Part shown: positions 1-11,904 of the stretch, one piece after another
Layout of the letters: the number at the start of each line of letters is the position of its first letter
Position numbering within the stretch: position 1 is the stretch's first letter
Assembly: GCF_009914755.1 (NCBI RefSeq)
Contig: NC_060926.1
Length of the DNA stretch: 64,000 bases
Reading direction: 5' to 3' (one strand)
Source: the human T2T-CHM13v2.0 reference genome, Homo sapiens
Notes under the pieces: generated by a model
What the model was told of the DNA's origin: nothing
Databases searched by the model: none
The model's input: only the letters and a program-made list of their open reading frames with translations
Program-made: the position numbers and the translations under genes

Positions 1-87
1 GCACTGATATTACAAAAGCAACAGTGGGTAAAACTGCTCAAACCAAGGCAGTAGCACTAAATTATACTAGTGGTCTTTTTCACTGCT
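1..87 (+). mobile_element. Charlie1 (hAT-Charlie) DNA transposon fragment, left part
   Basis: aaagcaacagtgggtaaaactgct...aaggcagtagcactaa resembles the recalled Charlie1 internal consensus; the element resumes at ~690. Confidence 0.65.
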
Positions 88-88
88 A

Positions 89-678
89 TGTGTCAGAGAT
101 AGACACAATTGGACATTAATTAAAACAGTGAAAACAAATTTTATTCAATGACTACTCACAGTAGGGGAAACAGTCAAGCTCTATTTCAATTTGGGCAGAG
201 GTGGTTTGGGTGTTTTAAAAGGAGAATGAGGAAGGGGTCAGTGTAGGGACTCAACAGAATCAGAGAAGTGAACAAGTACAAAGGGTTAGTCAGTGTGAAG
301 GTAAGTAGGCCAGCTGTGTCTGCTAGCAGGTAGTTATCTAAGTTAAGGTTCTATCCTCCCACAGAGACTGGGAGAGAGAGGCCTTATCCTTTTTGATGAC
401 TGCATTTCAAAGGAATGGCCCCCCAGTGAGCAGCAAGAGCTATGTATTTACAATCCTGAGCCCATTTTAGTTAGTGAACTAAGAAAGGGAGGTCAGAGGC
501 CTATCATTCTGTGTGTGTTGGCTAGAACAAATAGTAAGCTTTTCTGGCAGCATGAACTTTCTCAGGCAGGCATTTTAACGGGGACTGGAGTCATCCTAGG
601 GACATGGTGTTATGCTACTGGAAGCCATGCCAGAGTTTTGTCAGGTCTCAAAGTGCAAGAGTTTGAATGAAGTTTCAT
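89..678 (-). mobile_element. Solo LTR-like element (probably ERV1 class) interrupting Charlie1
   Basis: ~590 bp bounded by TG...CA; AATAAA on the minus strand near 140; sits between two colinear Charlie1 pieces; subfamily not determined. Confidence 0.45.
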
Positions 679-689
679 GTGCCATGAGT

Positions 690-1420
690 TCTGCATTTTT
701 CACATGCACTTGCAGAAAACACATGCCACCCCCTCACTCAGCTCCCAAAAGCCAGTTTTGCATAAGAATGACCTTCATGAAACGATATTAATTATATTAA
801 AACTCAATCCTCGAGTACATGTCTTTTTAGTATGCAGTGTGACAAAATGGGAATTATAAATAAAGTACTTTCTGCTGCATACTAAAGTACTCAAGTTACC
901 TTAAGGAAAAGCTATGTTCAATTGTTTGAATTGTAAAATGAACTACCACTTTTTTTCATGGAACATGATTTTTACTTGTAAGAATGACTGATGGACAAAC
1001 TATAGCTATCAAAGTTTGTTTTTCTGCATACATTTTTCTCAAGAATATATGTAGCAAGTCTTATCACTTCAAGGAAAACAAGTGACAGCTAGCAGTATCT
1101 CTTGCCAATGATAAAACTCAACTTTTCAAGTGAAAATTGGAAAATTCGAATTTTGCAAAACTTGTATTCACCACCCTGAGCTTGATAGCTTTACAGTACT
1201 TCAAGACTGTTCTAATAAGATCAGTGTTTATCTTAATGAATGTAATTTTTTCCACACTATAGTATTACAAAATCAGGCAGAGGAAGAAGATCTATTCAAA
1301 GTGGTACAAGATACACCAATGGATATCATGTGTAACAGAATAACTTATTGATATGATTTCAGATTTCTTCTTGCCATGAACTGTTAGTTTTGGTGTACTA
1401 CCAAAAGAAATATCCGCAAT
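690..1420 (+). mobile_element. Charlie1 degenerate transposase region
   Basis: gtgacaaaatggga, ttttttcatggaacatgatttttacttgtaagaatgactga, cacttcaaggaaaaca and ttgccaatgataaaa match the recalled Charlie1 consensus; no intact ORF. Confidence 0.8.
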
Positions 1421-1424
1421 TACC

Positions 1425-2519
1425 TTCTACCACTCCTATAGTTCAACATTTTCTTGGAGTTCCTAGTCAACAAAAAAATGATAAAAGAAATAACACATGA
1501 GTTGTACAAAAAAAGAGACACAATTGTCATTATTTGCAGATGTTACTATCTACATAGAAAAATCAAGAAAATATCAAATAATAAAAACTTATGCAGTTCA
1601 GCAGCTGAATGAACATGTAAAAATTAATAGCATTTCTCCCCAAGTCATAAATAGAAAATGTAATGGCAATAAAAATCTCATTTATAATGACAACAGAAAA
1701 TATAAGGTACTTAAGCATAACACTCATGTCTTGCATGATGGTCATCAAGAACTTTAAAAATTCTAAATAAAAATTAACATGTTCATAAAGGGAATATGAG
1801 AAAAGTATCCCCAAAATTAGTTTACAAATTCAATAAAGTTTTTATCAAAATTCCCTCCAAATTCTTTGAAATTTAAACTGACCCTAAAACTCATATAGAA
1901 GAGAACGTCTAAAACTCATATAGAAGAGAACGTCTAAAACTGATATAGAAGAGAACGTCTAAAACTCATATAGAAGAGAATGTCTAAAACTCATATAGAA
2001 GAGAATGTCTAAAACTCATATAGAAGAGAATGTCTAAAACTCATATAGAAGAGAATGTCTAAAACTCATATAGAAGAGAATGTCTGAAACTCATATAGAA
2101 GAGAATGTCTGAAGCTCATATAGAAGAGAATGTCTGAAACTCATATAGAAGAGAATGTCTGAAACTCATATAGAAGAGAATGTCTGAAACTCATATAGAA
2201 GAGAATGTCTGAAACTCATATAGAAGAGAATGTCTGAAACTCATATAGAAGAGAATGTCTGAAACTCATATAGAAGAGAATGTCTGAATTTTAAGGCACA
2301 ACAATGATGAAGAACAAAAGATACCTTGCATGAGATATAACAAAAGATCTACATAAATTTTTGAAGAAAATTTTAAAGCCTTACTAAAAAAAAAAAAGTA
2401 AAGAGGACTTAAATACATGTAGAAATATACTATTTGTGTGCAAGGGAAAACCCACTATTATTAAGATGGTGATTGTCCCCCAAGCTAATGTATAAAATTT
2501 CAATGAAAATCCTAGTATT
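1425..2519 (+). mobile_element. Ancient L1 (L1M) ORF2 fragments hosting the VNTR
   Basis: Translation QLSLFADVTIYIEK resembles L1 [17 protein letters not shown]; A-rich L1 composition. Confidence 0.7.
1886..2285. repeat. Minisatellite, 16 x 25 bp, unit (A/G)AAACTCATATAGAAGAGAA(C/T)GTCT
   Basis: Head-to-tail copies with exact 25-bp period counted directly; no spacers. Confidence 0.97.
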
Positions 2520-2685
2520 TGGGGGGAGGGGGGAGGGATAGCATTAGGAGATATACCTAATGCTAAATGACGAGTTAATGGGTACAGCACACCAGCATGG
2601 CACATGTATACATATGTAACTAACCTGCACATTGTGCACATGTACCCTAAAACTTAAAGTATAATAATAATAATAATAATAATAA
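2520..2685 (+). mobile_element. Young L1PA (L1PA2/3-like) extreme 3' end with (TAA)n tail
   Basis: gggggagggatagcattaggagatatacctaatgctaaatgacgag...gtaactaacctgcacattgtgcacatgtaccctaaaacttaaagtat. Confidence 0.93.
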
Positions 2686-3074
2686 AAAGAAATTGTGGCA
2701 TACATATATGATGGAATACTACTCAGCCATAAAAAGGAATGAATCAATGGCATTTGCAATGACCTGGATGAAATTGGAGACTTATTCTAAGTGAGGTAAC
2801 TCAGGAATGGAAAACCAAACATTGTATATTCTCATTCATAATTGGGAGCTAAGCTATGAGGATGCAAAGGCATAAAAATGACACAATGGACTTTGGAGAC
2901 TCAGGGGAAAGGGTGGGAAGGGCGTGAGGGATAAAAGACTACAAATAGGATGCAGTGCACACTGCTCAGGTGATATCTCACAAATCACCACTAAAGAACT
3001 TACTCATATACAAACACCACCTGTTCTCCAATAACCTATGGAAATAAAAAAATTTTGAAAAAAGAAAAAAAAAA
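2686..3074 (+). mobile_element. L1PB (L1PB1-like) 3' end, probably carried as a 3' transduction
   Basis: gggagctaagctatgaggatgcaaaggcata, gggataaaagactaca and caaatcaccactaaagaactt are L1PB 3'UTR hallmarks; AATAAA plus A tail; shares the TSD gaaaatcctagtatt (2505-2519, 3075-3089). Confidence 0.85.
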
Positions 3075-3139
3075 GAAAATCCTAGTATTATGTTTTAGGA
3101 AACCTGATGGGTTGATTCTAAAGGTATTTATGGAATAAT

Positions 3140-3312
3140 AGCAAATACTTAATAGTTTTTCTGTTGATCAGGCACCATTCTAAGAACTTTAAAAATAACA
3201 ACTCTTTTATGTCCACAATAACCTTAACTATAAGATAGGTTCCACTATCATTTCCATTTTATACCTGAGAAAACAGAGGCACAGAGAGAGTAAAAACTTA
3301 CACAGGGTCAAA
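3140..3312 (-). mobile_element. MIR SINE
   Basis: Core ccattttatacctgagaaaacagaggcacagagag. Confidence 0.75.
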
Positions 3313-3719
3313 CAAATAGTAATAAAAAATGAAGATTCTTCCCCCATTTGCCTCCAGTGTCCCTGCCCTTGACACCACTATGCCATTCTGTCAGGAATAC
3401 CAAATGATTCTGATGAAGAACAAGAAAGGAAAAGGCGAATGGGGAGATATTTTTATCACTGTAACTTGAAATAGTGTGAAATTGATGAATAAATAAGTAA
3501 ATATGCCAGTGAAACAGATTGAAACACCTGTAAACCACTTACACATTTAATTTACGGGAGTGGAAACATTTTAGATCAATGAATAATGAATTTCATAGAA
3601 TAAGAAATATAAATAGTGGAAAATATATGGAAAGACATTCAATGTAATCAGGGAAATGTAAATTTAATTAAATTTAAATTTAAGCATAAATTTGGCATCC
3701 CAAAGTAGGCAAGGTTGAA

Positions 3720-3893
3720 CCATCATCGGAAAGTTGATCGTTCCCATCTCTTCCCAAGTCAGCATTGCCACATTAGTGCTGTCGTGTTGGTAACCTGAAA
3801 CTGGCCATGTGGGAAGTTTTACACAATGGAAATGGACAAATGCTACAAGTCAGGGCTGCTTTGCCTATTTACCAGTTTGGCAGCATATACTGA
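3720..3893. mobile_element. MER63-like hAT element
   Basis: gttggtaacctgaaactggccatgtgggaagtttacacaatggaaatggacaaatgctac resembles MER63; ends cagcatatactg. Confidence 0.6.
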
Positions 3894-3899
3894 CTTTAA

Positions 3900-4683
3900 C
3901 TCAGAATGAGATATTGCTTCAACCTATGAGATACACACGAGCTGAAAACATTAACAACAGCCAATGTTGACAAGAGTATAAAATAAGGAGAAATTTCTTC
4001 ATCTGCTGGTAGGATTATAAGATAATAGAACTACTCAAAACAATGTGGCATTATCTGTACAACTGAAGGCATATTCATCCTATGACAGCGATTTCCCTGC
4101 TGGGCATATGAAGAACCTTCACGTGTAGGTAAAAGGAGACATACATAAGCATGTTCACAGCAATATTGACTGATGTCCTAGAAAATCAGAAACATCCTAA
4201 ATATCCATCAAGAGGAGAATGAATAAATTGAGATATGTTTATACAGTAGATTATTATACAGTGGTGAAAGTGAACGAACTAGAACAATACATCTTAATTT
4301 AAATAAATCTCATGAATACTTTGAGTGAAAAAAGCAAGTTATAGTATAATATGTAATGTATACACCTTTAGTATATAATTTTAAAACCTGGAGGCAGTAT
4401 TATGTGCTTTATGGCTATATATTTATGTGTACACATGTATATATGTGTCTGTGTGTGTTGTGTTTAAGTAGATAAATATACAAAACACTTTAAAATTACA
4501 TCAGATAATCAAAAGCTTAAAGTGTGCAATACCAAAAATGTGGGAAAACATTAATTCTCATACACTAAGTGAAACTGTGATTTGGCATTACTTACTTCAG
4601 GATCAATTTGGCAATATTTACTGAAAATGGAGAAATACCTACTCATGACCCATCAATTTGGTTTCTACATATAGTAACCTAAG

Positions 4684-4734
<51 letters not shown>

Positions 4735-5200
4735 AAGAACAAACTCAATAATTTCCGCTGCAGCATTACTTTGTGCAGGTTTTTACTAGAGAGTAAATGT
4801 CACAGGATATGACAGGGCAGTTAAAGTAGGCCAGCTAGATCTATGTCCACATGGATAAGGCTCAAAACCATACTAGGTGAAAAGTTATAGAATTACATGT
4901 ATTGTATGATACCATTTATTTTGTTTTATAAGAATACATGGAATACCACATTATTTATGGATAAATGTATCATGAAAATATTAAAATAGGAACTGAATAT
5001 AAATCAAATTAGTGGCTGTGTTTGCCTTTATGGAGGAGAAAACGGAATGATCTACAGACAGAAGCCTAAGAGAAGTATCTGTAATCGTTTATTTATTTAA
5101 GAAGATGTAAGGGAAATATATGTTAACATTTATTAAATTTAGGTGGCGGGTACATGGGTGTTTATAACATTATTTTTTGTGTATAACACTCAAAATGTTC
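3900..5200 (+). mobile_element. L1ME-type 3' fragments
   Basis: atgttcacagcaatatt, aatatccatcaagaggagaatgaataaattg and ttaggtggcgggtacatgggtgtt are typical of old L1 3' ends. Confidence 0.65.
4689..4731. repeat. (CA)21 microsatellite
   Basis: Direct reading. Confidence 0.97.
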
Positions 5201-5436
5201 ATATTTTTCCTTTTTAAGGAAAGTAGTGCATTTCCCTTAGCTTCCTGGATTTGTTTTTGGAAAAGTGAAAACCACTCAACTTGGAGTCAAACACAGGTTA
5301 AGTCCAATCTCTTGCAGCAGGCAGCTGTGAGTCCATAGGCAAGCCTCCTGAGTTTTAGATGAGAAGGTAATAACTACCTTGCAGAGAAAGGGTGAATGAG
5401 ATATCCTGAGGCACAAGGCCTAAGACACTGGCTTTC

Positions 5437-5823
5437 TGTATTAGTTTGCTAGGACTGCCATAACAACGCACCACACACTGTGGCTTAAACAACAGAAATG
5501 TATTACCTCACAGTTCTGGAGGCTAGATCCAAAATTGAGGTTCCTGAAGAGTTGGTTCCTTCTGGGGGCCATGAGGGAGAAGTTTGGTCCAGACCTCTCC
5601 CCTTGGCTTGCGGCTGGCTGTCTTCTGTCTCTTCACGTCATCTTTCCACTGTGAGTAGCTGTGTGCAAATTTCTAAGTACAGTAGTCATGTCGGATTAGG
5701 GCCTACTTGAATTACCTTGTTTTAACTATAAAGGCCCAATCTCAAAATGTGGTCCCATTTTGAGGTGCTAGGGTTTGGAATTCCTACATAGAATTTTGGG
5801 GAAACACAATTCAATCTACAACA
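5437..5823 (-). mobile_element. MLT1B-like MaLR LTR
   Basis: Starts tgtattagtttgctaggactgccataacaa...ggcttaaacaacagaaat...cacagttctggaggctag; ends caattcaatctacaaca. Confidence 0.85.
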
Positions 5824-6596
5824 CCTGAAGTATTATAGTCGATACCTAAAATACATAAAAAGAAAAAAATATTGCCTTTAAAGGTTAAGCTCATCCTCAA
5901 TTAAAAGTGACTTTAACTTACTGGCATTATCTAACTGGTCAAAAGTTAGTGGGCAGGTCTGATAAATGGCAGAATGAGGTTACTGACTTCAACTCCTTCC
6001 TTTTCAGATATAATATGACACCTGTGTTGGTGAAGCCTGTGGCCAAAATAAAGGCTGGACCTGCCAACTTCTCATTTGTCGCTCTACTTCCAGTTTGCTC
6101 AGGTGGATAGAGGATAATGCTAATAAGGCCAAGATCCTACATTTGATTCCCATCAGAGCTAATTAGCCTCACTCATTCCCACACACAGACTGCTCTTAGC
6201 TGATACCCGCTGACCCAGGGAACAACTGAAGCCAATAAAAAACAGGGTACTGGCTATTCAAAAGACATGACTTCTATTTTGAGTCCCAGAAATGGTCATC
6301 TAAGAGCAGGAAAGAGGCAATGGAAGGCTACCTTTATCCCAGTTCAAACAGCCCTTCTCATGTTATTCCAGACTTCCATGACCAGGTGATTAACACTTAA
6401 AAAAAATAAAAATCTTAACAGATTCAAACAGTCAACACAAACCAAAGAAAGACAACGGTAAACTCAAATAAAAGATATGAAGATACTGCAGCCTGGGGTT
6501 ACAATAATATTCTCATGTGAACACTTGTTTTCCACCTAATTAAATGAACTTTCATATTAAAATAGTTCCAAATACATTTCCAGTGAATAATCATGA

Positions 6597-7054
6597 CAGT
6601 AGTGTCTCCTTATCTGAGGTTTCACTTTTCACAATTTCAGTTACCCATGGTCAACGCAGTTCAAAAATGTTAAATGGGAAATTCCAGATATAAACAACTT
6701 ATAAATTTTAAATTGCATGCCATTATGAGTACCTTGATGCAACCTTCCATGAGCCTGTTCTGTCCCATCTGGTATGTGAGTCATCCTTTGTCCAATGTCT
6801 CCCTGCTGTGTATGCTACCCACTCTTCCGTCACTCGGTAGCCATCTTGGTCATCAGATTGACTGTCATTGTATTGTTCCAGTTGATTATTAGTTATTGAT
6901 GTTAATCTTTTACTGGGCCTAATTTAGAAATTAAACTTTATAAGTATGTATGTATGGAAAAAAACATTCCATATAGAGCTCAACAACATCTTCAGTTTCA
7001 GGCACCCACTAGGGGTCTTGGAATGTACCACCTGTGAATAAGGGGGCACTACTC
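6597..7054. mobile_element. MER44 (Tigger7-derived) DNA transposon
   Basis: Degenerate TIRs cagtagtgtctccttatc / aataagggggcactact; internal aaatgggaaattccaga and ctaggggtcttggaatgta. Confidence 0.85.
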
Positions 7055-7459
7055 TACTTACAAGTATTTTATTTCCATTTGGCAACCATTCCATCTGTCT
7101 CCTCTGTAAAATATTGGGCATCCTACAGAATAATCGATTTATAAACTTTGCAAAAAAGAAATGTTTGTCTCTCATTTTTTGTTTAACTCATATCTTGGTT
7201 GTAAATGAAAACATTCTGATACAGAACGGAGTGCTAACGTTCCCACTTTCTCAGAAACACATTTCAAATTTCCAAGTTTTTCTTTTTTAAAGTGAGAAAC
7301 TCTCAGTTCCTTCCTGCCTCAGGAACCCTTGGGCCTTAGAATTCTTGTGAATTTTACTGCAGAGAACAATGCATTGGACTCTTTGATACAGATATACTTT
7401 TGGGGAATTCTATTTACAATTGTCTCCTTTTAAATTTCATAGGAATGATGACCAGAGAA

Positions 7460-7985
7460 CTGTGTGTGAGAGGACTCTTTTGTATTCACATAACAGAAAC
7501 CCAGTTCAATCCAATTTAAAAAAGGATTTTTAGCTTCCGAATGTCTAAAGTCCAGGTGTCTACTTCAGGCACAGCCAGATCCAGAGTCATCTGCCCCCTT
7601 CTGTTTCTCGGTCTACTTTCTTCCAACAGGCTCTTCAGATAGTGGCACGGAGGTCTAACAGAGCCTCTCAAATTATATCCTGCTAGTTTAGCAATGACGC
7701 CAGAAGAAAAATACAACATTTCTCTTTTCTAAAATTCCCAGCAAGAATTCCAGGTCTCATGATTCCATGCCCATTCCTAACCCAGTCAGTGTGTCCCTGT
7801 AGATGCTGCACCCTCATCTACCATGCTTGGTCCATGTACCTGCCCAGAGCTTAAGAGGGGGATCAACATCCCCTACCCCCACGATCATGGGGATTGAAAT
7901 GGTCAAAGGCTGATATTCCACAGAAACACTGAGGTGCTGTTATCAGAAGGGAAGTGGAAGGCAAAGCAATAGACATCCATTACTG
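7460..7985 (-). mobile_element. Old MLT1 (J/K-like) LTR
   Basis: ataacagaaacccagttcaa start, cttcaggcacagccagatccagag, gaggtgctgttatcagaaggga. Confidence 0.55.
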
Positions 7986-9357
7986 AAGGCTTAAGCTGTC
8001 ATCTCAGAAAAAAATACTACTGGTCACCAAGGGGGTGGGGTCTGAAAGCAGGGCTAACTCAGTCTAAACTCATCATCATAGCTGGAAAAAATATAAACTG
8101 AAAATCCATTTTCTACTGCTGATGGGTTAACACTGCATTTTCATATGGTTGCATAATTATAACTCACAGTTATGATTTGAAATCTGCTGTGCAGGTATCA
8201 AAAAACAGCAAATGAAGAGTGACACTGAAAGGTTGTTTAACTCATCCCCAGTCACCAATAAAATCACACCTAAGCCTTCAATTTTTGAAGACCTACAGAA
8301 ACAAGATACATTATTTCATTATAATTATTAAGAGTGATATATGCTGTCTCTTCTAGCCCTCTCCATGCAAGGGAATAACTCCTTTTGTGCATGTAATTAA
8401 TTAATTTGTTGTAGCAATTAGTTTCAATGCTCTTATGAGGCATGCTAATCTCTCACCAGGGCAAAATGAGGCACTCGGATAAAAGTTCTGGGAGGGGTGA
8501 ATTTGATAATGACTTTGGGATCAAAATATGTTTCCTCACCCCAGGGACTGTTCACATGGAGTTCAAAAGCCTGTGAAAAAGATAACCTCACCAGGTGTGA
8601 CCTGTTAACTGCCAAATTCCAGAACTCCCCAGTCTGAAACTTGTGCTCCTTGGATTATCTGTCCAGTGGTAGAGTCAGCCACAGAAATCAGGCATTTTTT
8701 TTTCTCCCTCTGTAATCCTCTACTGTATCACAATTAATGGCAGTGTCACACTGTACCTCATGTAAATTAATTCTATGTTTGTCTAAATAACCTGATACAA
8801 TTTATTTAAGTTCCACATACAGCCAGATTTAATACATTAACCTGAAAGATGGAAAAGACATTTCTCTACAGAGTGTTTTGGGATTTTTTTAAATTGGAAA
8901 TTAAATAAAGGGCTCACCATATGTGCAGCTGGGGACATTAGTTGTAGCATTTAGCAGGAGCAGATTATCAAGTTTCATTATTTGATACATTTTCAGGCTT
9001 GCAACAGAGTAGGAAGGAATTGATGGGAGCAGCAAATTCATTTTAAAACAGGTTTATCGCTTCATCAGGTATTCATTTAACCAGAATCTGCAGCATAACT
9101 GGATCTCTTTGGCCCTATGTGACATGTTTTTCCAAATGGAATAATAAGTATAGAGATAGAATATGTAGTTCAAGACTTCCCATCTCTATGAGGCACCCAG
9201 ATATTTGAAGGAAGAAATTACTTTCATTCTCAAGCCACCGATCACTACAGGATGGCCAGCTGGTGCAGAGCCCTGGTGCAGGGCCCTGCTAAAGAGAAGT
9301 ATAGAGATGCCACAATACTCTTGGTTTTCAGCAAATGAGCCTAACAGGTCGTTTCTA

Positions 9358-9689
<332 letters not shown>

Positions 9690-9794
9690 CAGATAAGTGT
9701 CGGAATACATTTTCTTACAGCTGCTAAGCCAGATCAAATAGAGAAATAGCATAAATTAAAAAGATAAAATCAAAAGTTAAAAAGTATTATTCTA

Positions 9795-9899
9795 AGAATC
9801 CTCAGCAAGCTAACACAGGAACAGAAAACCAAACACCGCATGTTCTCACTCATAAGTGGGATTTGAACAAAGAGAACACATGGACACAGAGAAGGGAAC

Positions 9900-9947
<48 letters not shown>

Positions 9948-10088
9948 AGGGCCTGTTGGCAGGTGGCAGGGGAGGGGAGGGAACCTAGAGGACAAGTCAG
10001 GTGCAGGAAACCACCATGGCACACGTATACCTATGTAACAAACCTGCATGTTCTGCACATTTACCCCGGAACTTAAAGTAAAATTTTA
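9795..10088 (+). mobile_element. L1PA (PA8-10-like) 3' end with internal (AC)n expansion at ~9901-9946
   Basis: caaacaccgcatgttctcactcataagtggga...aaaccaccatggcacacgtatacctatgtaacaaacctgca. Confidence 0.9.
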
Positions 10089-10529
10089 GAAAGTGTTAGT
10101 AATAAACTGTTTCAGATTTCCAGAGCTTGGTAAATTATGCACACGAGGGCACACACCAAACTAGTTACTCTGTAAGATCCAACTTCTAGTCAGAAATGAA
10201 GATTGTGAACTCACTCAGATCCCGTATAACGTCTTCCATTTAATCAATTGTATCATAACCCAAAAGTAACTTCAAAACAAAATATTAATTTTCTAAATAT
10301 ATATTGATATATTTCTAAAATATCAAGAGCTATAGCTAGTGTAATATGTACAATCGTTTCACAAAACAAAGGCCCTTAATTGATTTCATTCACAGACTTC
10401 ATGTGTTATCACTATTGGAATACATCACAATAAATATATAAAATGTCACCCTTTTTACTGACAATGCCATATTGAAAGGCATAGCTTAGATCTGCTACCT
10501 AAGTGAGCTGACTCCTTCCCCAGTCTAGA

Positions 10530-10698
10530 CTACTGGTTCTCAACCTTGGATACACATTAGAACCTCCTGGAAAACTTGTGAAATATTCCCTACCTGGGCC
10601 AATTAAATCAGAAGACTGACTAAGGATATGCCCCCAGCATCAGTAGCTTTTAAAGCTCCTCAAATGTTTCTACTGTTCAGCCAGAGTTGAGGACTTTT
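10530..10698. mobile_element. MER5-family MITE
   Basis: tggttctcaaccttgg...cacattagaa...ttaaagctcctca...cagccagagttgaggac. Confidence 0.75.
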
Positions 10699-10706
10699 GA
10701 TTTAGA

Positions 10707-10882
10707 GACTGGCTCTCCAAGCATGGCCCTGGGAGTACTGGCTTCAGCATCACCTGGAATCATGTTAGGAATACAAATCAGTTTCTACCCAGCCCTACTG
10801 AATCAGACACTCTGGGAGAGTTGGGCGTTGGAACAGACCCTCCAGGTGATTCTTACACAAGCTAAAGTTTGAGACCCACTGA
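10707..10882. mobile_element. MER5A
   Basis: cagcatcacctgga...cctactgaatcagacactctggg...ccctccaggtgattctt...aaagtttgagacccactg. Confidence 0.8.
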
Positions 10883-11011
10883 TCTAGTGTTTGGAATAGC
10901 CCATGCAGGGGAAGTTTGGATCTGCAGAGCAGACATGCTGGTCTAGAGTGGAGAGGCCGGGAGTGAATCCAGGCTTTCAGGAGCTTGAAGCCTGTATACT
11001 TTTAAGATATA

Positions 11012-11012
<1 letters not shown>

Positions 11013-11059
<47 letters not shown>
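11013..11059 (+). repeat. Pure (A)47 tract
   Basis: Direct count. Confidence 0.95.
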
Positions 11060-11061
<2 letters not shown>

Positions 11062-11069
11062 ATAAAGTT

Positions 11070-11230
11070 TCAGCCTCCTGAGTAGTAGCTGGGACTACAC
11101 CACAGCCAGCTAGTTTATTTTTGTAGAGACAGAATCTTACTATCTTACCCAGGCTAGTCTCAAACTCCTGTCCTCTAGCAATCCTCCTGACTCAGCTCCT
11201 GGAATTATAGGCGTGAGCCACTGTGCCCAT
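11070..11230 (-). mobile_element. AluJ partial
   Basis: tcagcctcctgagtag...tttttgtagagacag...ggcgtgagccactgtgccc. Confidence 0.85.
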
Positions 11231-11243
11231 CTCTCATCTTGCC

Positions 11244-11533
11244 CTTTTTTGGAAACATAGTCTTACTCTGTTGCCCAGGCTGGAGCGCAGTGGTGCAATC
11301 TTGGCTCACCACAACCTCCGCCCCCAGGTTCAAGCGATTCTCCTGCCTCAGCCTCCTGAGTAGCTAGGACTACAGGCATGCGCCACCATGCCCGGCTAAT
11401 TTTTTGTATTTTTAGTAGAGATGGAGTTTCACTATGTTGGCCAGACTGGTCTCGAACTCCTGACCTCAGGTAATCCACCCACCTCAGCCTCCCCAAGTGC
11501 TGGGATTACAGGTGTGGGCCACTGCGCCCGGCC
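11244..11533 (-). mobile_element. AluSx-like
   Basis: Full antisense dimer ending ccactgcgcccggcc. Confidence 0.95.
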
Positions 11534-11904
11534 TGGTCTTGTACTTTCTTGATTTATTCCTTTATCATGCTTAAGTGCCTCATAGTAGCTTCCTAAGAAA
11601 GAATTCAAGAAGACAAGTTGTTTACGTTAAGTCTCAACATTCCATTATCCCGTTGTCATCACACTTGATTGGTAGTTTGGGTTTAGAATTGTGGGTTAAG
11701 AGCTACAGTCCTGAAATTGTTTCTTCAAATATTTATTCTACCACATTGCTACACAAAGTATGGTCCAGGGCCCAGTGTTAGTCTGCAAACTCTTTGTCAT
11801 CCATCTGTAGTTGAGATGACAATCAGAATCACTATTATAGAAACTGAGATTAAGCATTTTGATGTTTTTATACCAATTTGACCGAGTCTATTTAATTTTA
11901 TGTC

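Noticed and set aside
1886-2285. CRISPR-like array
   Set aside because: Units are contiguous with no unique spacers, there are no cas genes, and the context is primate DNA; it is a minisatellite
10903-11085. Poly-lysine ORF
   Set aside because: Artefact of the (A)47 tract
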